A stretch of DNA of 63,873 nucleotides, counting the filler, from Guillardia theta CCMP2712 (taxonomy: Eukaryota; Protista; Cryptophyta): the NCBI RefSeq assembly GCF_000315625.1. It is 7 parts of 7 records of this genome, joined end to end, with 100 filler letters (N's around TTAATTAATTAA, not from the genome) between each part and the next. Parts side by side here need not be neighbours in the genome. Positions count along the whole stretch, not along the records: positions 33,388 to 40,722 come from NW_005434666.1; positions 40,823 to 54,800 come from NW_005434657.1; 5 more parts are not named here. The stretch is one strand, 5' to 3'. The position numbers were made by a program, and so were the translations under genes. The notes beneath the pieces were generated by a model. The model did no database searches. It was not told the origin of the DNA and saw only the letters and a program-made list of their open reading frames with translations. Shown here one piece after another: positions 33,388 through 42,683 of this stretch (the first letter of the stretch is position 1; the number at the start of each line of letters is the position of its first letter).

Positions 33388-34280
33388 ATCCTGGACAAGG
33401 CCGTTGGCAACCTCCACGACACGTTCTACTCTCCGGGGAGCCTGGAGTTCATGGCGCTGGGAGAGTGGGCGAAGATGCCAGAGGAGCAGGGAGTGGGACG
33501 CAACGCGCTCAAGGAGAAGCTGGGGAAGTGGCTGCAGAGCAAGCGCTGGACTCGCGTGCAAGGAGAGAGCAAGAAGGCAAGGAGGGGCAGCGCGTTCCAC
33601 GGGCAACGGCAGCTGCTGAGCTTGAGCAGGAGGCGGAGAGCGACGACATAGAGCGTCGATCTCTTAGCCTCCTGTTCATAGCACTGAGTAAATTCGCAGA
33701 GATGCATGTGCTGGCCTGCTCGCTGAAGGTGGACAAGAAGGACCGACTGCGAGTGGAGATGAGGGAAGATGACGAAGAAGAGGAAGACATGGAGGAAGAG
33801 CAAGGCGAGGGCGAGGAAGAAGACGGGGCGAGCCCGTACCGAGCTTGAGCTGAGCCCAAGGTAAGGAGAGAAGGTAGGAGGCGACCGAAGGCCAAGGTGA
33901 GGAGAGGCAACTCTCCTGACTGAAGCTGAGGAAGCTGAATGGAGGACGAGTAGGTGGCGACCGAAGGCCAAGGTGAGGAGAGGCAACTCTTCTGACTGAG
34001 GCTGAGGAAGCTGAATGGAGGACGAGTAGGTGGTGACCGAAGGCCAAGGTGAGGAGAGGCAACTCTCCTGACTGAGGCTGAGGAAGCCAAGAGAAGACAG
34101 CAGAAGTAGAGAGTAGAAAGACGCCTCAGAAGCAGGGTTCGCATTGTAGGCCGTGTACTCCCAGTGCTCGAGCGCCTCTTTAGACTAGGATCAAATTGCA
34201 CAAGCCCACAACGAGGCCGAGCAACATTCTAGCATTCTAATAAACTCACATAATAATAATAATAGGGTTTAGGGTTTAGG
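33388..34280 (+). mobile_element. Retroelement unit A (3' part): ORF1 end, 3'UTR, (TAA)4 tail, telomeric repeats
   Basis: Near-identical to about 39690-40588. ORF1 stop at 33848, with a 4-nt deletion near 33596 relative to unit C. Ends CTAGCATTCTAATAAACTCA-CA-(TAA)4-TAGGGTTTAGGGTTTAGG. Confidence 0.85.
33875..34090 (+). repeat. About 3 x 76-bp tandem repeat in the 3'UTR (also 40181-40396)
   Basis: GACCGAAGGCCAAGGTGAGGAGAGGCA recurs with a 76-bp period. Confidence 0.9.
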
Positions 34281-34943
34281 AGCCGGCCCTTAGTAAGAGC
34301 AGCCGGCCCTTAGTAAGAGCAGCCGGCCCTTAGTAAGAGCAGCCGGCCCTTAGTAAGAGCAGCCGGCCCTTAGTAAGAGCAGCCGGCCCTTAGTAAGAGC
34401 AGCCGGCCCTTAGTAAGAGCAGCCGGCCCTTAGTAAGAGCAGCCGGCCCTTAGTAAGAGCAGCCGGCCCTTAGTAAGAGCAGCCGGCCCTTAGTAAGAGC
34501 AGCCGGCCCTTAGTAAGAGCAGCCGGCCCTTAGTAAGAGCAGCCGGCCCTTAGTAAGAGCAGCCGGCCCTTAGTAAGAGCAGCCGGCCCTTAGTAAGAGC
34601 AGCCGGCCCTTAGTAAGAGCAGCCGGCCCTTAGTAAGAGCAGCCGGCCCTTAGTAAGAGCAGCCGGCCCTTAGTAAGAGCAGCCGGCCCTTAGTAAGAGC
34701 AGCCGGCCCTTAGTAAGAGCAGCCGGCCCTTAGTAAGAGCAGCCGGCCCTTAGTAAGAGCAGCCGGCCCTTAGTAAGAGCAGCCGGCCCTTAGTAAGAGC
34801 AGAGCCGGCCCTTAGTAAGAGCAGCCGGCCCTTAGTAAGAGCAGCCGGCCCTTAGTAAGAGCAGCCGGCCCTTAGTAAGAGCAGCCGGCCCTTAGTAAGA
34901 GCAGCCGGCCCTTAGTAAGAGCAGCCGGCCCTTAGTAAGAGCA
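34281..34943 (+). repeat. 33 x 20-bp tandem array AGCCGGCCCTTAGTAAGAGC
   Basis: Perfect copies apart from one 2-nt insertion at 34801-34802; no spacers. Confidence 0.97.
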
Positions 34944-35031
34944 TGCGGCCCTGCGGCGCGTAGGGAGAGCGCAAGGGGACCGGTGGAAGCTGCGAGCAAG
35001 AGGTTCATATAGTTCAAACAGCTTTCTAAGC

Positions 35032-36676
35032 ATGGTACTACAGTATGATGAGAGCGTTCGCAACCTGCTGTATCGGAGATCATGCCAATACACGCAGGGT
35101 GAGCGCTCAGGAGGCCACGTCGAGGAGGCCGCCGACCTCGTCGAGAAGGTGAAGAACTTCACCAAGCGTTATCCGAATAGTCGGACAGCTTATGCTTGCA
35201 GAGCTGAGGGGGGATGCACTCCCGACGCTATCGCTGAAGCCATCCGCTCGACATGTCGGCAGGCGAGACGCGACCTGTTTGAAGACTCTCTGAGCGAATG
35301 GAGCTCAGAGTCGAAAGCATGGTTTATTCAACAGATGGAGGAGGCCAAGAAGCAGAATGTCGAGACATACATCGGCACCGAAGGCACCGAGGGGACCTCC
35401 TTCATCTCCATGACTCTCCTAGGGATTTCCTCGATGTTTGTTCGACAAGAAGAAAAGTTGAAAACGAAGCTTATGGACCTAGGTCTCATGGTAGACTCAG
35501 TCGATGGAGTCGACAAGGCCATCATGTGGAAAGCACCTTACAGACCTGAGATAGCACGAGCAGACGACATCTCAGTCACCGTCTCCTTCCTTCGGAATGA
35601 AGCAGCCATGGAGCTATGGGAAGGCAGGAGAGAATACACTATCGAAGGGAGAGTCTTTCGAGCCACAGAGGTGAGCATAGCACACGACCGGTCCTTCAAG
35701 CTTCGAGCCAAGCGAGGACCTTGGGGCAAGGGAGGGAGCCTTGCCGAGCTATCACAGCTCCTAGCTCTCGGAGGAATGTCGACGGCCGAGATCGCTCAGA
35801 TTTATCGATTTCAGCTGCTCTCGCAATCTCTTGCAGCCGCAGAGGTACAACCGCTTGCAGGCATGCTCGTGCAGGGTGCTGGGCAGAGAGGTCGCAAGGG
35901 GCCGAGCCCGAAGACGTATGTCGCTGTTGGGGCAAGTACGGGAACTCTCCAGCAAAAAGAGCTGGAGTGGGTGCTCAGCTCGCCTTCGACGGCAAGTTGC
36001 GAGCAGACCTTGGCCTCGTTCAGAGAGAGCGAGGCGATGGAGGGGGTGCATCTCACTCTCATCAGCGACGACGCCAAGCTCAGAGAGACGTTTGCAGTCG
36101 AGCTCACAGCCGACACCTTCGTTCCTAGGGGAAAGATCGCCAAGCAGAGGAGGGCACTTCGCGAGAGAGATCATGCGGGGCGCAGCAGCTTCAGAGTGCA
36201 GATCAAGTCGAGGTCAAGCATGAGCACAGGCCGCTTCTCGAGGAAGGAGATGGAAGCGCTGTGCGGAGGAGGTAACACATCGATCACGAGAGTCAAGCGA
36301 GCCATGTTGGAGTTAGCAAGAAGGATAGGCGTGACGCCGGTCAGCGTCGAGGTCGAGGAGGATCGTGACACGCTCAGCTGGGATGGGAGCCTGATAGCTC
36401 TCTCCCTGGCGACCAAGGCAGACGCTCGACGCCTGATGGACGACATGCCCTTTTACTTGGAAGGGATCCTGGAAGTCAAGCTCGAAGCGGTGGGGTTCAA
36501 GCTCAACGGGCCTCAGCATGAGGAGGAGAGGAGCCCGAGCAGCGAGGAGCAAGCCCAAGAGCCCCAAGGGCAGCAGCAAGGCGCTGGATGGCTGGAGCTC
36601 AGCGACATCGACAGGATCACCATGGAAGCAGCGTCGCCGTCAGGGCCAGTCGATCAACAGTGTAGCGCAACTTCAT
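35032..36676 (+). CDS. ORF1-like protein of unit B (truncated by gap)
   Basis: Intronless, more than 540 aa; collinear similarity to 37989-40154 and to the ORF preceding the RT polyprotein (53373-54800). Confidence 0.85.
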
Positions 36677-37236
36677 NNNNNNNNNNNNNNNNNNNNNNNN
36701 NNNNNNNNNNNNNNNNNNNNNNNNNNNNNNNNNNNNNNNNNNNNNNNNNNNNNNNNNNNNNNNNNNNNNNNNNNNNGGAGGAGGAGGCCGGGCGGAGGCC
36801 GGCCGGGCTCTCGGGCCCGGTCCGGACCGAGGCCCCGGGGAAGGGACGTGAGTCCCAGGGACCCATACGCATTCCACCTACCAACCCATCCTTCATCCAC
36901 TCACTGGCCGAAGGCCGGCCGAGACCGTCAAGGGGTGTCGGAGCCGAGGAAGCAACACAAGTTGAAAGCACGGACGACCCAGACCAAGGCCGGCGGAGGA
37001 AACTCCACTGGCTGAGGCCGGGGAAGACCACTGAAGTATAGCAGAGGAGGGAGCAGAGCAGAAGCACGGCTGCCATAAGGGCCAGCCAAGTCGGGCCGAA
37101 CTGCCAGGTCACGAGATCCCTGTTAGACTAGAATAGTGCAAGGTGATAACAAACCATGCAAACTACCTAGCATTCTAATAAACTCAACTACTACTACTAC
37201 TACTACTAGGGTTTAGGGTTTAGGGTTTAGGGTTTA

Positions 37237-37925
37237 GGCAGGCGCCGTTATTTTCGGCAGGCGCCGTTATTTTCGGCAGGCGCCGTTATTTTCGGCAGGC
37301 GCCGTTATTTTCGGCAGGCGCCGTTATTTTCGGCAGGCGCCGTTATTTTCGGCAGGCGCCGTTATTTTCGGCAGGCGCCGTTATTTTCGGCAGGCGCCGT
37401 TATTTTCGGCAGGCGCCGTTATTTTCGGCAGGCGCCGTTATTTTCGGCAGGCGCCGTTATTTTCGGCAGGCGCCGTTATTTTCGGCAGGCGCCGTTATTT
37501 TCGGCAGGCGCCGTTATTTTCGGCAGGCGCCGTTATTTTCGGCAGGCGCCGTTATTTTCGGCAGGCGCCGTTATTTTCGGCAGGCGCCGTTATTTTCGGC
37601 AGGCGCCGTTATTTTCGGCAGGCGCCGTTATTTTCGGCAGGCGCCGTTATTTTCGGCAGGCGCCGTTATTTTCGGCAGGCGCCGTTATTTTCGGCAGGCG
37701 CCGTTATTTTCGGCAGGCGCCGTTATTTTCGGCAGGCGCCGTTATTTTCGGCAGGCGCCGTTATTTTCGGCAGGCGCCGTTATTTTCGGCAGGCGCCGTT
37801 ATTTTCGGCAGGCGCCGTTATTTTCGGCAGGCGCCGTTATTTTCGGCAGGCGCCGTTATTTTCGGCAGGCGCCGTTATTTTCGGCAGGCGCCGTTATTTT
37901 CGGCAGGCGCCGTTATTTTCGGCAG
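37237..37925 (+). repeat. 36 x 19-bp tandem array GGCAGGCGCCGTTATTTTC plus partial GGCAG
   Basis: Perfect copies, no spacers. Confidence 0.97.
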
Positions 37926-37988
37926 CATGGCTCCCTGCCAGGTGTAGGGGAAGCCGCCAGGGCGCCAAGGAAGCTGCGAGCAAGAGGT

Positions 37989-40154
37989 TTGTATAGTTCC
38001 AATAGCTTTCTAAGTATGGTTCTTCAGTATGATGAAAGTGTTCGCAACATGCTGTATCGGAGATCATGCCAATACACGCAGGGCGAGCTTGTGGATGCCG
38101 CGGTCCTCGAAGCTGATCTTGTCGAGAAAGTGAAGAGCTTCGCGAAACGTTTTCCTAACAGTAGGACAGCTCAGGCTTGCAAGGCTGTGGAGGGATGCAC
38201 CCCCGACGCTATCGCAGAAGCCATCCGCTCGACATGTCAGCAGGCACGACGTGAGCTTCTGCAAGAAGCAATGACTGGATGGAGTGACGCATCCAGAGAG
38301 TGGTTTATGCAGCAGATTGAAGAAGCCAAGAAGGAGAAGGTCGAGACATACACCGTCTCAGCAGGCAACGAGGTGACTTCCTTCATCTCCGTGACTCTCC
38401 TGGGCATCTCCTCGGTGTATGTCAACCATGAAGAAAAGCTGAAGAAGAAATTCGAAGAGATCGGACTGATCGTAGACTCAGTGCAAGAGAGTAAAGCAAT
38501 CATGTGGAAGGCTCCGTATAGATCCGAGATAGCGAGTGCTGATGAGATCCCGGTGACTGTTTCCTTCCTCCGCAATGCACAAGCGGAGAAGNNNNNNNNN
38601 NNNNNNNNNNNNNNNNNNNNNNNNNNNNNNNNNNNNNNNNNNNNNNNNNNNNNNNNNNNNNNNNNNNNNNNNNNNNNNNNNNNNNNNNNNNNNNNNNNNN
38701 NNNNNNNNNNNNNNNNNNNNNNNNNNNNNNNNNNNNNNNNNNNNNNNNNNNNNNNNNNNNNNNNNNNNNNNNNNNNNNNNNNNNNNNNNNNNNNNNNNNN
38801 NNNNNNNNNNNNNNNNNNNNNNNNNNNNNNNNNNNNNNNNNNNNNNNNNNNNNNNNNNNNNNNNNNNNNNNNNNNNNNNNNNNNNNNNNNNNNNNNNNNN
38901 NNNNNNNNNNNNNNNNNNNNNNNNNNNNNNNNNNNNNNNNNNNNNNNNNNNNNNNNNNNNNNNNNNNNNNNNNNNNNNNNNNNNNNNNNNNNNNNNNNNN
39001 NNNNNNNNNNNNNNNNNNNNNNNNNNNNNNNNNNNNNNNNNNNNNNNNNNNNNNNNNNNNNNNNNNNNNNNNNNNNNNNNNNNNNNNNNNNNNNNNNNNN
39101 NNNNNNNNNNNNNNNNNNNNNNNNNNNNNNNNNNNNNNNNNNNNNNNNNNNNNNNNNNNNNNNNNNNNNNNNNNNNNNNNNNNNNNNNNNNNNNNNNNNN
39201 NNNNNNNNNNNNNNNNNNNNNNNNNNNNNNNNNNNNNNNNNNGGCAACACGTCCATCGCAAGAGTCAAGAGAGTCTGTGGAGATCGCTAACAGGCTCGAG
39301 ATCAAAGTTGAAGGCATCGACATGGAGGAGATTTGAACACCAAGTCCTGGAACGGGTCCAAGCTATGCATCCTCCTCGGCTCCACGGAGGATGCTCGACG
39401 CATGATGAAGGAGCTGCCCTTCTATCTAGAAGGCGCAGCAACCAAGCTCGAAGCAGTCGGCTTCGACAGGGAGGCGGAGGCAGCTGGTCAGCGGGGCACC
39501 AGCGACGCAGCGCAGCGACAGGCGGAGAGCGAGGGAGAGTGGCTGGAGTTTACAGACCTGGAGAGGATCACAATGGAGGCAGCATCTCCGTCAAGCCAAG
39601 AGGACATGCAGCTCGTCAGCGAGCTGTCAGCAGTCATCGAAGATGCAGCTTCTTTGAACGAGACGGGGACGAGCGAGCCGATCAAGCTGGTCCTGGACAA
39701 GGCTGTTGGCAACCTCCACGACACCTTCTACTCTCCGGGGAGCCTGGAGTTCATGTCGCTGGGAGAGTGGGCGAAGACGCCAGAGGAGCAGGGAGTGGGA
39801 CGCAACGTTCTCAAGGAGAAGCTGGGGAAGTGGCTGCAGAGCAAGCGCTGGACTCGCGTGCAAGGAGAGAGCAAGAAGGCAAGGAGGGGCAGCGCGTTCT
39901 CGCCACGGGCAACGGCAGCTGCTGAGCTTGAGCAGGAGGCGGAGAGCGACGACATAGAGCGTCGATCTCTTAGCTTCCTGTTCATAGCACTGAGTAAATT
40001 CGCAGAGATGCACGTGCTGGCCTGCTCGCTGAAGGTGGACAAGAAGGACCGACTGCGGGTGGAGATGAGGGAAGATGACGAAGAAGAGGAAGACATGGAG
40101 GAAGAGCAAGGCGATGGCGAGGAAGAAGACGGGGCGAGCCCGTACCGAGCTTGA
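37989..40154 (+). CDS. ORF1-like protein of unit C (651-N gap; frameshifts near 39270-39335)
   Basis: MVLQYDESVRN.LYRRSCQYTQGE shared with unit B; acidic C-terminal tail; the frameshifts lie next to the gap and may be read errors. Confidence 0.75.
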
Positions 40155-40588
40155 GCTGAGCTCAAGGTAAGGAGAGAAGGTAGGAGGCGACCGAAGGCCA
40201 AGGTGAGGAGAGGCAACTCTCCTGATTGAGGCTGAGGAAGCTGAATGGAGGAGGAGTAGGTGGCGACCGAAGGCCAAGGTGAGGAGAGGCATCTCTCCTG
40301 ACTGAGGCTGAGGAAGCTGAAGGGAGGAGGAGTAGGTGGCGACCGAAGGCCAAGGTGAGGAGAGGCAACTCTCCTGACTGAGGCTGAGGAAGCCAAGAGA
40401 AGACAGCAGAAGTAGAAAGTAGAAAGAGACCTCAGAAGCAGGGTTCGCATTGTAGGCCATGTACTCCCAGTGCTCGCGCGCCTCTTTAGACTAGGATCAA
40501 ATTGCACAAGCCCACAACGAGGCCGAGCAACATTCTAGCATTCTAATAAACTCACATAATAATAATAATAGGGTTTAGGGTTTAGGGT

Positions 40589-40722
40589 GTTGAGTTGCAA
40601 TCTCGTCTTGTTGTTGATCAAGTTGTTTGGACAAGATGCTGAGCAGAAGATTTGTTTTTTGGCGGACTTGCGGGGCTGCCTTGGGGTAATCCTCTGAGAA
40701 GTGGGATGGCTGCTGTTCGAAC
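40589..40722 (-). pseudogene. Fragment of a non-LTR reverse transcriptase
   Basis: Manual reverse translation gives VRTAAIPLLRGLPQGSPASPPK/TNLLLSILSKQLD (1-nt shift in an A-run), which aligns with KIPLMIGLPQGGASSPQLANLVLCILSRQLD of the RT at about 49460-49550. Confidence 0.85.
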
Positions 40723-40849
40723 NNNNNNNNNNNNNNNNNNNNNNNNNNNNNNNNNNNNNNNNNNNNTTAATTAATTAANNNNNNNNNNNNNNNNNNNNNN
40801 NNNNNNNNNNNNNNNNNNNNNNATGACGCTGTCGGCTCGCTCGACTCAT

Positions 40850-41273
40850 AGACAAACTCCCCTCCAGACCCCTTCCAGCGACCTTGTGAGGACGAGGCGG
40901 GCTCGGTCGGGGTCCAGATAGACAGATCTGAGAGCCTGCAGGGTCCTCCGCGTGATATATATGCTGAGGCGGGCCCGGTCGCGGGACTTAGCGTAGAAAA
41001 ACGGCGTTTTCCCCCAGACAAACTCCCCTCCAGACCCCTTCCAGCGACCTTGTGAGGACGAGGCGGGCTCGGTCGGGGTCCAGATAGACAGATCTGAGAG
41101 CCTGCAGGGTCCTCCACGTGATATATATGCTGAGGCGGGCCCGGTCGCGGGACTTAGCGTCCATAAGACTGCCTCTCACTCCTGCAATGAACGTGGCTTG
41201 TATGACCTCTGTGTTGTCGCTCCTACTTGTCATCTCTGCCCGCAGTGGTCCAGATAGACAGATCTGAGAGCCT
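40850..41273 (+). repeat. Two direct repeats of about 145 bp (40850-40994, 41016-41160) plus a partial third
   Basis: Near-identical copies seen directly; GGTCCAGATAGACAGATCTGAGAGCCT occurs three times. Confidence 0.85.
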
Positions 41274-41440
41274 CATGCCGTTTACTTTCAGGCCTTTCGT
41301 TAATTTGGCACTTAAATTTTTCGGTAGAGTCTTTTTTTTTAATAGGCGTGCTATTTTGAGAAACGAGCCAGAAACCCCGCTTAATAGTACCCATACGTTT
41401 TAGTTTATTTCTACACTCCTCTTTAAAAGTTATTTTAACA

Positions 41441-42664
41441 GTGTACCGGCATATACACTTTCACAGTACCACTCTAGTTGCAATCCTCCTTGCCTGGACG
41501 GGCAAAATGGCGGCGCAATCAGGGCGGCCACCGTCGTCAAGGGCTGCCTCATCGCTCGGCATTGCCAAAAGGAGGAGATTGGAGCAAAGGGAACAAGTTG
41601 ATCCTCTTCATGATTTGCAGGAGATACATCCAAGAATTCCAGGCAATCTTGCAACACCGTTGTTCCTTGCAGCAAATGCCTTCGATCATTCTGTGCACTA
41701 TGAATTACAACACCACGTTAAAGGTTTAGACATGACATTCAATCTGGTACCATGTCTTGGTGTGAGGTTTACGGATGTCAATGGGAAATTTCGAACTGGA
41801 ATCATCCGAAAAGTTTCAGAAAAATCTGTCAGTGTGTTCATCTTGTATACCAAACAAACAATGGAAGAGGTTAGACAGAATGTACAATTCAATTCAACGT
41901 CGAACAGAATGATCAACTCATTATTACCCTTCCAGTGTTTTCAGAGTGTGTATACTGATGAAGTTCCTGTTGACGATATCTGTGGAGTTTTTCAAATCAA
42001 CTTCGAGCAATTCTCTGGAAGGGGGACATTGTCACATATGCAGACCTCTGACAGTCTCCCTTGCATGTTGTGTGTTGGATACTTATATTTCTATGCTAAT
42101 CCCAAGAATCGAAAGGAAGAATGTCAGGTTCTTTATTTCAAGAAGCTGGATGTGTCATTGGACATGTTGCGCTACTATTTTTTGAACATCAGAAAACAAA
42201 CTGATTTCTTCCGTCTCAACATCGATCTGCAGAAGATTCGGACTACTATGGTTAACTGGTTTATCAAACGTGGGAAGCCCTTCTTGAAACCCCGGATGAA
42301 ACGTGTCGAATTTGATGTGGATCTAGACGAAATCACATCATTCCTGCTTCTTTTCAAACACCTGCAACCGGACGACTGCAACGAAAACATCTGTTGTACA
42401 GGGTTGAATGGGAAAGGTCAGTGCAGTTGGACCATCAGTACATCACTCTTACAGAACCCTGTCATTAACAGAGAATTTCCTGTGCCTTTCAAAAATGAAC
42501 CCTACATGTTAGAACCTGGATCAGGTTCGTTGTATTTCGAGGGCCCACTGACAGTCACCTTGAAACGAAATCAGAGGACACAATACACGTGCATCTCTTT
42601 CAAGTTCGAAAGAATGGTACGATTGTGCATGTTTCACACAGAGATTTGGAAGCATCCAGATTAA
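41441..42664 (+). CDS. Intronless hypothetical protein, BAH-like, probable transposon accessory gene (ATG likely 41507)
   Basis: KRRR NLS-like motif; FQSVYTDEVPVDDICGVFQI resembles the BAH C-terminal strand motif. Confidence 0.6.
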   Translation: MYRHIHFHSTTLVAILLAWTGKMAAQSGRPPSSRAASSLGIAKRRRLEQREQVDPLHDLQEIHPRIPGNLATPLFLAANAFDHSVHYELQHHVKGLDMTFNLVPCLGVRFTDVNGKFRTGIIRKVSEKSVSVFILYTKQTMEEVRQNVQFNSTSNRMINSLLPFQCFQSVYTDEVPVDDICGVFQINFEQFSGRGTLSHMQTSDSLPCMLCVGYLYFYANPKNRKEECQVLYFKKLDVSLDMLRYYFLNIRKQTDFFRLNIDLQKIRTTMVNWFIKRGKPFLKPRMKRVEFDVDLDEITSFLLLFKHLQPDDCNENICCTGLNGKGQCSWTISTSLLQNPVINREFPVPFKNEPYMLEPGSGSLYFEGPLTVTLKRNQRTQYTCISFKFERMVRLCMFHTEIWKHPD

Positions 42665-42683
42665 ACGCGAGTTTACTCAGACA

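Larger units (their letters stand above)
34281..37238 (+). mobile_element. Retroelement unit B: 20-bp array, ORF1, gap, (TAC)6 tail, telomeric repeats
   Basis: ORF1 homologous to unit C; same 20-nt 3' motif at 37167-37186; TAGGGTTTAGGGTTTAGGGTTTAGGGTTTAGG at 37207-37238. Confidence 0.8.
37237..40588 (+). mobile_element. Retroelement unit C: about 3.3-kb ORF1-only element with (TAA)4 tail and telomeric repeats
   Basis: Array, then ORF1 (37989-40154), about 400 bp UTR, 3' motif at 40535-40554, tail, and TAGGGTTTAGGGTTTAGGGT. No ORF2 between the ORF1 stop and the tail. Confidence 0.85.

Noticed and set aside
33875-34090. Tandem hammerhead ribozymes (Penelope/Terminon-like)
   Set aside because: The core reads CTGACTGA..GAAT rather than CTGANGA..GAAA, no NUH cleavage triplet is suitably placed, and the associated RT is non-LTR type
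36777-37041. C-terminus of the 669-aa ORF after the gap
   Set aside because: The frame across a 100-N gap is arbitrary, and the sequence does not match the ORF1 C-terminus of units A and C
34281-37925. CRISPR arrays
   Set aside because: Units are contiguous with no unique spacers, there are no cas genes, and the context is eukaryotic
37921-37990. HDV-like 5' ribozyme
   Set aside because: I could not build the nested double pseudoknot by eye; only a simple hairpin is supported
34263-40588. A true chromosome end
   Set aside because: Only 2-4 TTTAGGG units occur at each junction, and non-telomeric sequence continues on the distal side
40723-40822. Physical linkage of the ORF1-only chain with the transposon/LINE scaffold
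   Set aside because: They are separated by an artificial TTAATTAATTAA linker
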